A DNA stretch of 64,000 nucleotides from Octopus vulgaris (lineage: Eukaryota), in the NCBI GenBank assembly GCA_951406725.2, contig OX597818.1, positions 61,256,001-61,320,000 of the forward strand, given 5' to 3'. This document shows, piece after piece, positions 1 to 11,598 of the stretch. The notes below the pieces were generated by a model. The model was not told the origin of the DNA and searched no databases. It was given only the letters and a program-made list of their open reading frames with translations. Numbering within the stretch: the first letter of the stretch is position 1; each line of letters opens with the position of its first letter. The translations under genes were made by a program, and so were the position numbers.

Positions 1-308
1 TCGGGCTGACCAATGCCTTGTGAGTGGATTTGGTTGACGGAAACTGAAAGAAGCCTGTCGTATATATGTATATATATATATATGTGTGTATATGTTTGTG
101 TGTCTGTGTTTGTCCCTCCAACATCGCTTGATAACTGATGCTGGTGTGCTTACATCCCCGTAACTTAGCAGTCCGGCAAAAAGAGACCGATAGAATAAGT
201 ACTAGGCTTACAAAGAATAAGTTCTGGGGTCGATGTGCTCGACTAAAGGCAGTGCTCCAGCATGGCCACAGTCAAACGACTGAAACAAGTAAATGAGTAA
301 ATGAGAGT
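1..308 (+). mobile_element. tRNA-derived CORE-type SINE (octopus OR-like family), 5' part outside window
   Basis: Matches the body and tail of the family repeated about 14 times here: ...CCTTGTGAGTGGATTTGGT.GACGGAAACTGAAAGAAGCC.GTCG, (TA/TG)n, ...GTGCTCCAGCATGGCC.CAGTC...TGAAACAAGTAAA.GAGT tail. Confidence 0.9.
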
Positions 309-1714
309 CTCACAAAACTATTATTGATCAAAAGTTGCTCCTTGAAAGCTCAGAAAATTTTGAATACTCTAAGCTCTCCTAGCACCAAAAGGTCTAATGA
401 TGAAATGGGGTTTTGTTGCTTAGCTCTTCTAAAAAATCTGTATAATTAGAAGTAGTAAAACATCATCACTTTGGCATACTCTTTACAAAATTAAAGTTTT
501 GTATCTTTGTGTGTGGAGACATGCATGCACACACACACACACACACACAATGTATACAGGCGAAACATCCTGTTAAACATTTTCCCTATTTTGTAAATTA
601 AAATATCGCTCACAACACGAATCAAAATTTTCTCAGAATATGTCATTTTTCCATATACGCATTCTGAAATTCCATCATGGTATAAAAAAAAACAAACATT
701 AAAAAATAAACAAAATTAATATTAAAATATGTATAAATGTGTATGAGAATATTCCTTTTACTGATTTTCTTAATTTTCTTCAGAAATCAGCAACAGTTAT
801 GTTAATAACAATAATAATAGTAATAATAACAATAATTTCACAGAATGTGTTAAGGTTCTTTTTTCTCTCTTCAAATTCTCATACCTTGTTCACCCACACT
901 AAGACTGTTTTTGAACACAATCTTAGGCAATCAATAACATATAGTAACTAACATATCAATGAAAAAGAAATTAAAACTTAAAAAAGAATGTTAGAAATTT
1001 TTTTTTTTTTTTTGCTGATTTTCCATTTTTTTTTTTTTATTCTGGCAAAGAGAAAGAAAAAAGTTTTTTTGCAAGCTGAGAAAATTCGGTAATGATAGCG
1101 CTAGTTTACTTAGAACATTACCACCATTTCAGTATTGCGAACATACACATCAAAGATTCAACAAGGAAAATAACAACATCTGATGTTTTACTCAGAAAAC
1201 GCTGGAAAGGTTAGCAGAATCGATCATGTACGTAAAGCAGAGCTTCCATTAATAACAACACTCGTTTCATTATCGTTTTTTGCAAGATTTTATAAGACCC
1301 GATAAAAACACGTGCCATGTCTATTTATAACCCTACCCCCCAATATTGTCAAATCATTCTTCTTTCTGTTACATACTACTTTGGTTACTAACAAACTAGT
1401 ATCATCAACCATTTCATCTGCCTGAATGTCAAGCATCCTCAAACTGAAATTCTTTTCGTGTAATTCTTGTTTGTCTGTCAATAATTAATCTAAAAAGGCG
1501 TAAGAAGAGTAAATGTCAGTAATTATTGCTGTTAATTACCAGAGATGTTTGTTATTTAGTTCAGTCGTTCATATTTTATTTGTCACCTAAACAACATTAC
1601 TAAAGTAAAATCTATGATAAGAGTACCACTGATACACAGAGAGATGGTTACTGGAGCAAAGACCTTGAAATACAAGTCAAGATTGTCATCATCATCATCG
1701 TAATAATAATAATA

Positions 1715-1910
1715 CTTTCTACTTTAGACACAAGGCCTGAAATTTGGTTGTTGGGGGGCGGCGACTAGTTGATTACATCAACCCCGGGTACTTAATCTAT
1801 CGTCCGTGAAAGGTAAAGTTTACCTGAGCAAAATTTGAACACAGAACGTAACGACAGGTGAAAAACTGCTAAGCACTTCACCCAGCCTGCTAACGATCCT
1901 GCCAGCTCGT
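1715..1910 (-). mobile_element. tRNA-derived Nin-domain SINE, diverged monomer
   Basis: Minus strand reads GACGAGCTGGCAGGATCGTTAGC...GTTCAAATT..., homologous to the copies at 9511 and 38033. Its tail is GGCCTTGTGTCTAAAGTAGAAAG, like the 38033 copy. Confidence 0.75.
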
Positions 1911-1912
1911 CT

Positions 1913-2320
1913 TATTAATAATAATAATAATAATAATAATGAATTTATTGTATACAGTGCTCAGGTGCACCACAACTTGTCAAAAGTGCATATAAAGCAT
2001 GTGCCTTAATGTACAAATGTTTGGGAAGTGAACAGTGTATATGAGTCAGATATATACTTGCGTGTGTATGGAGGGGAGAAAATCAGGTGTAGTGTTGGCG
2101 AATCTCAGAAAGCATGGAAGTTTTGAAGGATGCAGTGATCTGACAACTAACAACTGATACTGGCAGTTTGTTCCATGCTTCAGCAACTCTAAGTATGAAA
2201 AAATGTTTCTGAAAGTCATGGGAGCTGTGCAGTTTTCTGACTTTGTAAACATGTCCACGGGTGTTAGACAGGTGGAATTTGAAAAGGTGCTCAGAGTTAT
2301 TGTTGGTAAGATGGTTATCA
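1913..2320 (-). mobile_element. CR1-type LINE 3' end (ORF2 C-terminus, 3'UTR, (ATT)n tail)
   Basis: Minus translation ...HLSNTRGHVYKVRK...HFFILRVAEAWNKLPVSVVSC..TASFKTSMLSEIRQHYT* carries the CR1 TRGH / FF..RV...WN.LP motifs. Homologous to 33140-34040. Confidence 0.85.
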
Positions 2321-2334
2321 TCATTATTACTACC

Positions 2335-2525
2335 ATGATTATCATCATTTAACTTCAGGCTTCCATGCTGGTATGTGTTGGACAGTTTGACAGGAGGTAG
2401 GCAGACCAGAGAACTTCACCCAGTTCCATTGTCTGCTTTGGTATGGTTCCTAATACCAACCACTTTACAGAATGTACAGGGTAATTTTTATGTGGCACCA
2501 ACACTAGTGAAGTTGGCAAGTAGCT
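2335..2525 (-). mobile_element. Degenerate RTE-tailed SINE-like element
   Basis: CATCATTTAAC...TTCCATGCTGG.ATG.GTTGGAC is the reverse complement of the family 3' end. Confidence 0.6.
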
Positions 2526-2740
2526 TTTAGATCTGTCAGCTGGGAGAGGGAGTGGAGCTGAGAAAGGTTAAAGTATAATAAAGGGATAGAGATAGGTGGT
2601 GCCTGGCTATAGAAGAGATACTCAGAGCCCCAAGATAGCTCAGACTGACTTTACCTGTAATAAAAAGCATTCCAACGATGACCACTCCAGTTTTAACAAC
2701 GAGGCATTGTATATCTAACACTATAATAATTAATGGAGCA

Positions 2741-2926
2741 CAGGTGTATAGCTAGGGTGGAGCAAGCAGGGCACATGCCCTGGGCCCTACTTTGATGGGG
2801 GCGCAATTTTAGCCAAGATCATTTTCTAATTAAGCCATTTCTATGCAAGTTTCCACTTTTTGGTTGGAGAAAGGGGCGCAATTTTGATGCTTGCCCTGGG
2901 TACCATTTACCCTAGCTATGCCCCTG
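2741..2926. mobile_element. MITE with CAG-starting TIRs (hAT-like)
   Basis: Left end CAGGTGTATAGCTAGGGT and right end ACCCTAGCTATGCCCCTG are 18-bp inverted repeats with 2 mismatches. The 8-bp flanks ATGGAGCA and CTACAGCA match only partly. Confidence 0.65.
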
Positions 2927-4009
2927 CTACAGCATCAAATGGTTTTATTTCAAGACAGTTTGCTTTGAAGCATATTTATTTGTTAGCTATGTGACTTATG
3001 ATTCCAGGTACATATTTAGTGCTTAAATGAAAAAATACCACCTGGAATGCATGCATTTGCTAAAATGTATAACCAAATTGAAATTCTTTTCTTTTTGCAA
3101 ATTATATTTCTATTTTTAGTTTTATATAAAATCCAAGTGCTGTTAATACAAAAGAAATACATAAGCAACTTACTAACCAATCTTTAACAAATAATATCTT
3201 AAAAGTAACAGGATTTAAAAAGAAGTTGGTACGTTTTATTAATGTTTTTCTATTAGTTGTGTTCTATTTTGGAATATTGTAGCATTCAGAATATTGAGAA
3301 CATTTTATAGAAATTAGTTTTTAAAAGGCTTGATTTTTAATATTTTACCTAGGCCACAGCAACCATTTCTCGTTTCTTTATTATTTTTTTAAGAAAAAGC
3401 AATTCCTAATCTATGCAAACTGCACCAGCATAAAAGTAGAAAAAAAACAGAAAAGTTGGTGAATTGAAAAGAGGAAGACTCCTTGATCCATTGATGACAA
3501 GACAAGCCATGCGTTGGTTATTGATCTTAATTTTGTGATCATGGCAAAGTAAATGATAGATTGAGCTAATATCACAGAATACAGTTATAAACAAGTTTAG
3601 TGAAGCTATACAATGTTCATGCATATTTATAAGCAAAATATGGCATCCATACACACACACACACATACGTACAGTAACATGTTTCTTCTCATAAAACTGT
3701 TTTACTTTATTTTTACACTGGCAAACAAATTTCCACATAAATGCCACACTTTTCCAATAGGGAAACCTTAGTATATCTCACTAAATGTATTTGAGAATAT
3801 AAAAGCAACTATTTAACCATGGATACATGCAACAATGAAAGAAAGATGTGGTAATATGAGTAAAAGACCAGACATTTTTCATCAGAATTATGTTTACTAC
3901 TGAACGCAGAATGCTTTTTACTAACAGGTCTTTTTCAGAACACAAAACCTAAACTACTTAAATTCCATTCCCATTATTAAAGATTATCATTGGAATGTAT
4001 ATGACACAA

Positions 4010-4044
<35 letters not shown>

Positions 4045-4465
4045 ACCAATAAAGCCTAGCAGTAAGTTTACTTCAGTGTGGCTTCTAATAGATGTAAAGT
4101 CCATAACAGGTAAAAAGTAAAATATAGACTGTAAAAAGCATTTGACAGCACAATTAATAGAAGCATCTCATATGATCTTGCCCAAAATATTACTTGTATA
4201 TAAAACGTATAATCCTACTTTAAACATTGAAAGCATAGAGCAATAGCTTTGAGGAAGAGACAAATGAGGAAATTTGGATTTGTATGCCTGGAGACAAAAA
4301 GTAAAATAAACTCGAATCATGTAACAATGAGGCATTAATAAATATCGGCAAGAAGTAATATTTAAAAGTATGCATTACTGCCATAAGTTCCAGAATTGTA
4401 TTTATAAGACAGTCAGAAGTTGCACGAGGTAAACCATATATATATATATATAAAAAAAAAAAAAA

Positions 4466-4634
4466 TCATCATCATCGTTTAACATCTGCTTTCCATGCTA
4501 GCATGAGCTGGACGATTCTGACTGAGGGCTGGTGAACCAGATGGCTGCACCAGGCTCCAATCTTGATTTGGCAGAGTTTCTACAGCTGGATGCCCTTCCT
4601 AACGCCAACCACTCCGAGAGTGTAGTGGGTGCTT
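4466..4634 (-). mobile_element. RTE-tailed SINE-like element, 3' part
   Basis: (CAT)n CGTTTAAC.TC.GCTTTCCATGCTAGCATG...CTACAGCTGGATGCCCTTCCTAACGCCAACCACTCCGAGAGTGTAGTGGGTGC. Confidence 0.85.
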
Positions 4635-4649
4635 ATATATATATATATA

Positions 4650-5110
4650 TACATGTATGTGTGTGTGGGTTTGTATGTATATGCATATACATTTGGCGAA
4701 GGATGCGTGTGAGGATGTGTACATTTTACTTGTGAGGGGGATGAATGTATACATACGCACATGGGTGTGAAGCGCACATGTGTAGGTATGAACAGACACG
4801 CGCTTACGCAAATACTGTGAACTTTTTACCCCCTTACCTTAATTAGCGGTCATTTGAATAGCTCTTTTGTCTAAATAGCAGTCAATAACACAGTAATTTC
4901 CCTTTCTATAACGGTCATTTTCCATACTGTTTTTCTAATGGCCTGATAACTGAAGAGATGGTGGTGTGGATTTCCACCTCGGCATCCGAAACTCAGAGTT
5001 TTATCTTGGCTACCGAATAATTGTCACATATTATATTTACAGATAAATTCCTCTATTTACATAATATCGAGGTCTCTTTCTTTCTTTTGTTATCTTACCG
5101 TTTTTACCAA
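4650..5110 (+). mobile_element. Putative Penelope-like / retrozyme-like non-coding element carrying a hammerhead motif
   Basis: Non-SINE segment bounded by (TA)n tracts and containing a type I hammerhead fold. Class is inferred from the known association of such hammerheads with Penelope-like elements. Confidence 0.5.
4945..5005 (+). ncRNA. Type I hammerhead ribozyme motif
   Basis: Stem I GATAA(4945-49)/TTATC(5001-05); core CTGAAGA(4950-56); stem II GATG..GTGG-ATTT-CCAC..CATC(C); GAAA(4988-91); stem III ACT-CAG-AGT; cleavage triplet GUU (4998-5000). Confidence 0.75.
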
Positions 5111-6168
5111 TATATATATATATATATATATATGTTGGCATTGGTAACAAGCAAGTCAAAATGTTATTATGACTATTTCAATATAATATTCTTAAAAATT
5201 AACTCAACATTCAAAAGATGGTTTGAATAGAAATTATAAAGAAACCACTTTCTGGAGAAACACTCAGCTCTTTCTGAATGCAAACAATATCTGAAAAATT
5301 AATTTATTCAACTTCTTTATAAATTTGAAACATGCTAAGATATTTTTCCAGAATATGAAATATTCTTAAGAACTTGTTCTTCATTATAATCTCATTACAT
5401 TTAAGTCTTATTACACATGGAAATAGAGACTCTTGTCACAGACAGCATTTACTTTCCATAGATAACTCATATGAGATAATAACATCTAGAAGTATTGCTT
5501 TTACTGAGTTCAAAAGAGCTAATCCAATCAATATAGATGGCTAAGTTACTTAGTTATCATTTCATTTAATATGTAATGGAACAAGAGAATTTATCCTTGA
5601 AGGAACAAAAGACTTTTTTCTTGACAACTAATAAGTCGAGCTGAGCTAAAAAGTTATAATTCTCTCTTATTCACAACATCTATAATTCATCGTTAAAGTG
5701 TATACATTTCGTAATGGTGTGTGTGTATGTGTGTGTATAATGATAATATGGGTTACGTTGTTGTAATTAAAATGTTAGTTGTATTTCTGGTACCACACTC
5801 AGCCCTCCACTATCATTTCATATCTCAACTAACACTGGACTATAGTTTCTGATTTTTTTTTTTTAACTGACAATCGCAAAGATATAAATATATAATGACA
5901 GTAACTACATACCTTTCACAGAAAGCATATAGACAATAAAATTAAAACATGTCACTTGTTTTCTTGTAGACCTATCTATTTCATATCATATCTTGATTAA
6001 CAGATGACAATATTTTCAGATCATTTTAAAGCTTTTACTAGCTCAAAGCTATAATACATAATAGCAGTAATTACTTGTCTTTCTCTGAAAAATACAAATT
6101 AACTACATATGAATTAGATATTAGAAGTTAAAGCAGAGAGAAATATGTGTTTATAGACATGATGTACA

Positions 6169-6170
<2 letters not shown>

Positions 6171-6229
<59 letters not shown>

Positions 6230-6235
6230 CTATCT
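6171..6235. repeat. (TATC)n microsatellite
   Basis: Visible directly in the sequence. Confidence 0.95.
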
Positions 6236-6249
6236 ACATATATATATAT

Positions 6250-6667
6250 TCTTTTACTTTTTTACTCTTTTACTTGTTTCAGTCATTTGACTGTGGCCAT
6301 GCTGGAGCACCGCCTTTAGTCAAGTAAATCGACCCCAGGACTTATTCTTTGTAAGCCTAGTACTTATTCTATCAGTCTCTTTTGCTGAACCACTAAGTTA
6401 CACGGACAGTAAACACACCAGCATCGGTTGTCAAACGATGTTGGGGGAGGGGGACAAACACAGACACACAAACACACACACAAATATATATATATACATA
6501 TATATATGACGGGCTTCTTTCAGTTTCCGTCTACCAAATCCACTCACAAGGCATTGGTCGGCCCGGGGCTATAGCAGAAGACACTTGCCCAAGGTGCCAC
6601 GCAGTGGGACTGAACCCGGAACCATGTGGTTGGTAAGCAAGCTACTTACCACACAGTCACTCCCGTG

Positions 6668-6670
<3 letters not shown>
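6250..6670 (-). mobile_element. tRNA-derived CORE-type SINE, full length
   Basis: Minus strand has an A-box-like GTGACTGTGTGGTAAG, B-box GGTTCAGTCCC, CORE-like GGCACCTTGGGCAAGTG, a central microsatellite and an (AGTAAAA)n tail. A long (TA)n follows at 6670-6722. Confidence 0.92.
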
Positions 6671-6725
<55 letters not shown>

Positions 6726-7705
6726 CAAGTAACAAATGTATGATGCCCAAGCAAGCCAGGTTTTGAAGTGAGATTTCAATGTCTGTAACACACATTTTGT
6801 CATAAAGTCTGTTTATGCAGAAAGTATTCAGTTTCTGCTGTGCGATAATTTACATTGGACTTGCATGAATTCCAATTTTTAAACAGCCTTGCATTATAAT
6901 TAAATTATGCTCAGATCTATCAGCTAATTCATCATATTTTGAATATTAATGCTTTTCAATGTAGGCATGTTGTCTGCAGACATGTACCAGATCTATAAAC
7001 TGCTTAGCTATATATACTCAACGGACGATCTACATGAACATGAAGTACAGATTGTATTCAAATAAGCCAGTGGTTGATTATTGGCAAACTCAGATTAAAA
7101 TGTACAATGATAGTGTTCATAGTCATTGCAGACTGAATTGTGAACAAGCTAAGAAAAAATATGACCTATATACTAATAAATAATAACAAATGAAAGAAAA
7201 TTTAATGAAGTTATTATTAGATGTGATCTAACGGTGTGACAGTGAAGGAAATGTGGCAGTATCATTACACTTGTTGACTGTAGGTTGTTTATAAATACTA
7301 TATAATTATTTTTCACCATCTCATTTACATCATCGTTAGGAGCTAACTATTGAATTACAAGAATTGTTGTATACTATGTTTTTTTTTAAAGTTTCTGTAA
7401 ACATAGAGAAAATACATAAAATCATTCTCTTTGTCTCACACATACACACTTGAAATATCTGTGAATATGAAAATGTGAAATTTTAAAGAGAGTTAAGGAG
7501 ACAAACTATGAAACAACAGCAACGTAAATAATAAAATCATATTTCACATTACGTTTCTTAAAGCATCCCTTTCAGACATGACTCAAAATTGAGCTAAAAC
7601 ATAGAAATTTGAGTAAAGTAATAAACAGTGTCATGAACACCATATACTAATCTGGATTTGTTTTTATTAAACCAATAGAGTAAGCCAGGAAGAGACAAAC
7701 ATAAC

Positions 7706-8096
7706 CTATTTCTTTACTACCCACAATGAGCTAAACATATAGAGGACAAACAAGGACAGACAAACAGATTATGTCGATTATATCGACTCCAGTGTGTAAC
7801 TGGTACTTAATTTATCAACCTTGAAAGGATGAAAGGCAAAGTCGACCTCAGTGGAATTTGAACTCAGAACATAACGGCAGACGAAATACCTATTTCTTAC
7901 CCACAAGGGGCTAAACACAGAGAGGACAGACAAATGGATTAAGTTGATTACATCGACCCCAGTGTGTAACTGGTACTTAATCTATCGACCCCGAAAGGAC
8001 GAAAGGCAAAGTCGACCTCGGCGGAATTTGAACTCAGAACGTAGTTCCAGACGAATTACGGCTATGCATTTCGCCTGGCGAGCTAATGTTTCTGTC
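7706..8096 (-). mobile_element. Dimeric Nin-domain tRNA-SINE
   Basis: Two tandem units, each with GAGTTCAAATTCC..GAGGTCGACTTTGCCTTTC.TCCTTTC....GATA.ATTAAGTACCAG on the minus strand. Confidence 0.88.
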
Positions 8097-9510
8097 AGAA
8101 ACAGAAGAAACTAGAGAAATGAGAGAAAAATTGAGGGGAGAGACAGTTGGATCAAAAGCAAAGAAGTTTGACAGTAATCTGGCTTATATGCGCAGAAAAA
8201 AAAGAGAAAAGAAAAACGAAATTTTGTTAAATTTTCACCAGCAGTAATGATTCAGCCTTCTTCAATAGTTCAAAAAGCACATCATCATATCACACTCATA
8301 CACATATGGAAAATACACAAACAGAATAAACAAATACATATTTATGTACATATGCCACACACACACACACACATTTGATGTAAGAGGGAAGATTACCTGT
8401 TTTAAACCTTGTATTGATGTATGGGTAAATGTAGAGAATTATAAAAGATGAAACAAACTACTTTAAAAGGGGGGTGTCATGATGAAAATAAAGCAGGAAA
8501 ATTACTATAATTATCAGTAGATAGCATGCATCTGCATAACCAATATCAGTTTGTACCAATATTAATTTTGCATTTTTTTTTTCTTTTTCAAGAGTAAAGT
8601 TATAGCATAGAAAATAGATTTTGCAACTTTGTTTTCTATAATCAAAACAATCGATTATTACTTGAAAAGGCCTCTGATTTACTGGATGCAATCAATATGC
8701 TAGTAACCAGGAACATTAGAAAATAATTAGAAGCAACTCGTATATTCCTATTTTGTAGTGGGAAATTAAATATGGATTTTGTAAACTACTTTCATTTGTA
8801 AATATTTTTAAGACGGTCTAGACATATTTTTCTTATAACTATAAAATTTAAGTTTTGATCACAGATAATTAAAAAGAAAAATGATAATGTCTTAATTTTT
8901 AATAAAACAAAAGAATGTCTGAGTTTCTCTCATAAATACTTCAAAAGTAAATTCCTCTTAGAAATTAGATGACTAATGTTTAAATTCAATTAAAAGATGT
9001 CTAATGTCTAAAATCAATCAAAAGAAGTCGAATGTTTAAAAATCATGATTTCAATGTTTTTATTTCCATATTGGCATAGACTGCATCATTCCAGATATAT
9101 TGATCTTGTGAGAAAGATTCTATAAGGCTTAACTCTGAATACATCCATATTTACTTATCCATGCTATTAAAGTTGGCAAAACATTTGGTACTTAGTCACA
9201 CGCTATCTTCTCTCAACCAACAGCATCTCTCTTGCTTTGCAACCAAACAGTCGTGTCTGGTTCTATGAGGCATCCTGTTAATCAGCTGACACCCTTATTC
9301 ACAATGAGTGCACACACATTGGAATTACTCTGTACCTTGTCTCTAACCAAGCTACAGAAATGCTGATATAGAATTGCTGTTGATAAATTGGGACTGTTCC
9401 TCTCTTGAAGTCATGTTTCCCTTATAACACCACAATGAACAATGTTATTAAAAGAAGGTTCAAAACTTGTCCAAGGTAATGGCATACAGCTAATGGTCTA
9501 ACTCTTTAAT

Positions 9511-9927
9511 AAGGCAGGAAGCTGGCAGAAATGTTAGATGGTGGGCGAAATGCTTAGAGGTATTTTGTCTGCTGCTATGTTCTGAGTTCAAATTCTGCCT
9601 AGGTCGACCCTGCTTTTCATCCTTTCGGGGTCGATAAATTAAGTACCAGTTACACGCTGGGGTTGATATAATTGACTTAATCCGTTTGTCTGTCCTTGTT
9701 TGTCCTCTCTGGGTTTAGCCCCTTCTGGGTAGTAAAGAAATAGGTATTTCGTCTGCTGTTACGTTCTGAGTTCAAATTCCGCCGAGGTCGACTTTGCCTT
9801 TCATCCTTTCGGGGTCGATAAACTAAGTACCAGTTATGCACTGTGGTTGACATAATCGACTTAATCCATTTGTCTGTCCTTGTTTGTCCTCTCTGTGTTT
9901 AGCCCCTTGTGGGTAGTAAAGAAATTG
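9511..9927 (+). mobile_element. Dimeric Nin-domain tRNA-SINE
   Basis: Head AGGCAGGAAGCTGGCAGAA, B-box GAGTTCAAATTC, and the Nin-like GTCGACTTTGCCTTTCATCCTTTCGGGGTCGATAAA.TAAGTACCAG present twice. Confidence 0.9.
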
Positions 9928-10597
9928 GTTGAACTCTTTTCATATATGAAGGTCATGCTGTTCGACTAAGATGTCATGTGACATTCTCCAGTGCCAGCCA
10001 TGAAGACTTCAGGAACTACCATTTGCAATGCAGAGGAGTGGGCAATGACTAAATACAAATCATTGACTGATAGATTCCAGTTCACACCGGTTGCTGCTGC
10101 TGCTGAGCTAGAATTCTCAGCTCCCAGACTGACACCCTCTTCTGTCAAATTAGAATGAAGATATTGTGCCTGAGGAAAGAACTGCAGGAGAGGGAGAGAC
10201 GGGGGTGAGAGAGAAGCTAATGCTGTAGATAAAGCTGGTTGGTCTTCATGACAATGTTTTTGCTAGAATATCTGCAGGGCAGAAGATGAAATAAATTATT
10301 AAACAGAAAATGTAGAATTTGTTTTTCACATTATAGAATGTGAATACATGTATGTATTTTGGAAAAATAAAATATGGAGCTTGTCATTATGGATGTGGCT
10401 GTGTGGTAAGTAGCTTCCTTACCAACCACATGGTCGTGGGATCATGCTGCCACTATATACCAAAAAAACAGAAAAAAAAAAAAGCTTCCTAACTGAATGA
10501 CAACTCTGTCACTGACATAATTTCAACCACTGTCTCACATATTCACTGTGTCTCCTCTTGCGACTACAACAGCCTCACTTCCTTTCAACTAGTTAAC

Positions 10598-10990
10598 TCT
10601 CTTTCTCTTTTACTTGTTTCAGTCATTTGACTGCGGCCATGCTGGAGCACCGCCTTTAGTCGAGCAACTCGACCCCGGGACTTATTCTTTTTGTAAGCCC
10701 AGTACTTATTCTATCGGTCTCTTTTTGCCGAACCGCTAAGTGACGGGGACGTAAACACACCAGCATCGGTTGTCAAGCAATGCTAGGGGAACACACACAA
10801 ACACACACATATATATATATATATACGACAGGCTTCTTTCAGTTTCCGTCTACCAAATCCACTCACAAGGCATTGGTCAGCCTGAGACTATAGTAGAAGA
10901 CACTTGCCCAAGATGCCATGCAGTGGGACTGAACCCGGAACCATGTGGTTGGTTAGCAAGCTACTTACCACACAGCCACTCCTGCGCCTA
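10598..10990 (-). mobile_element. tRNA-derived CORE-type SINE, full length
   Basis: Near-identical to the other copies. An isolated + strand head fragment also lies at about 10392-10450. Confidence 0.92.
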
Positions 10991-11214
10991 TTTCCATTCA
11001 TGTCCATTTGTCTCTCACATTATTGTTTCTGCACCTTATCTCTCAGCCTGTTCTGCACTAAACAATTCACCCAATCCTTCCTTCTTTCCTTCCTAAAACT
11101 GTAACTGTCCTTGGCCTATATGTAGACACATACTCAAACTGCACCAGTGCCACTAATCTAAGATGACCTGCAATGCTCATGGCCACTATACTGTCTCACC
11201 TGACAATCTTTGTG

Positions 11215-11284
<70 letters not shown>

Positions 11285-11286
<2 letters not shown>

Positions 11287-11598
11287 GAGGTGCAATAGCC
11301 CAGTGGTTAGGGCAGCGGACTCACGCTTGTAGGATCGCGGTTTCGATCCCCAGACTGGGTGTTGTGAGTGTTTATTGAGTGAAAACACCTAAAGCTCCAC
11401 AAGGCTCCCGCAGAGGTCCGGTCGCGATCCCTGCTGTACCCTTTCGCCACAACTTTCTCTCACTCTTTCTTCTGTTGGCCTGCTCGCTTAGCCAGCAGGG
11501 TAGCGTCATTTGAAGGCTAAAACAATGCAAAGCGCATTGTGACCAGCGATGTGTAGCAACATCTGATAGCCTGGTCGGTCATGGTGATCACGGTGATA
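11285..11598 (+). mobile_element. tRNA-derived SINE, distinct family
   Basis: A-box TAGCCCAGTGGTTAGG, B-box GTTTCGATCCC and tail (CACGGTGAT)n. Homologous over about 300 bp to 26341-26640. Confidence 0.88.

Noticed and set aside
784-903. + strand acceptor followed by an Asn-rich frame
   Set aside because: The Asn run is an (AAT/AAC) microsatellite, there is no good donor, and the frame stops soon after.
1290-1481. Minus-strand ORF or possible terminal exon (TTTCAG|TTTGAGGATGCTTGA)
   Set aside because: No recognisable domain and no linked upstream exons could be identified.
9200-9420. Possible very old mariner fragment on the minus strand
   Set aside because: Only a vague resemblance to the KVSARWVP region. 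Too degraded to support.
11285-11360. Possible tRNA genes at SINE heads (also 20277, 26341, 51957)
   Set aside because: A and B boxes are present, but there is no convincing cloverleaf or acceptor stem, and each continues into a multi-copy SINE body.
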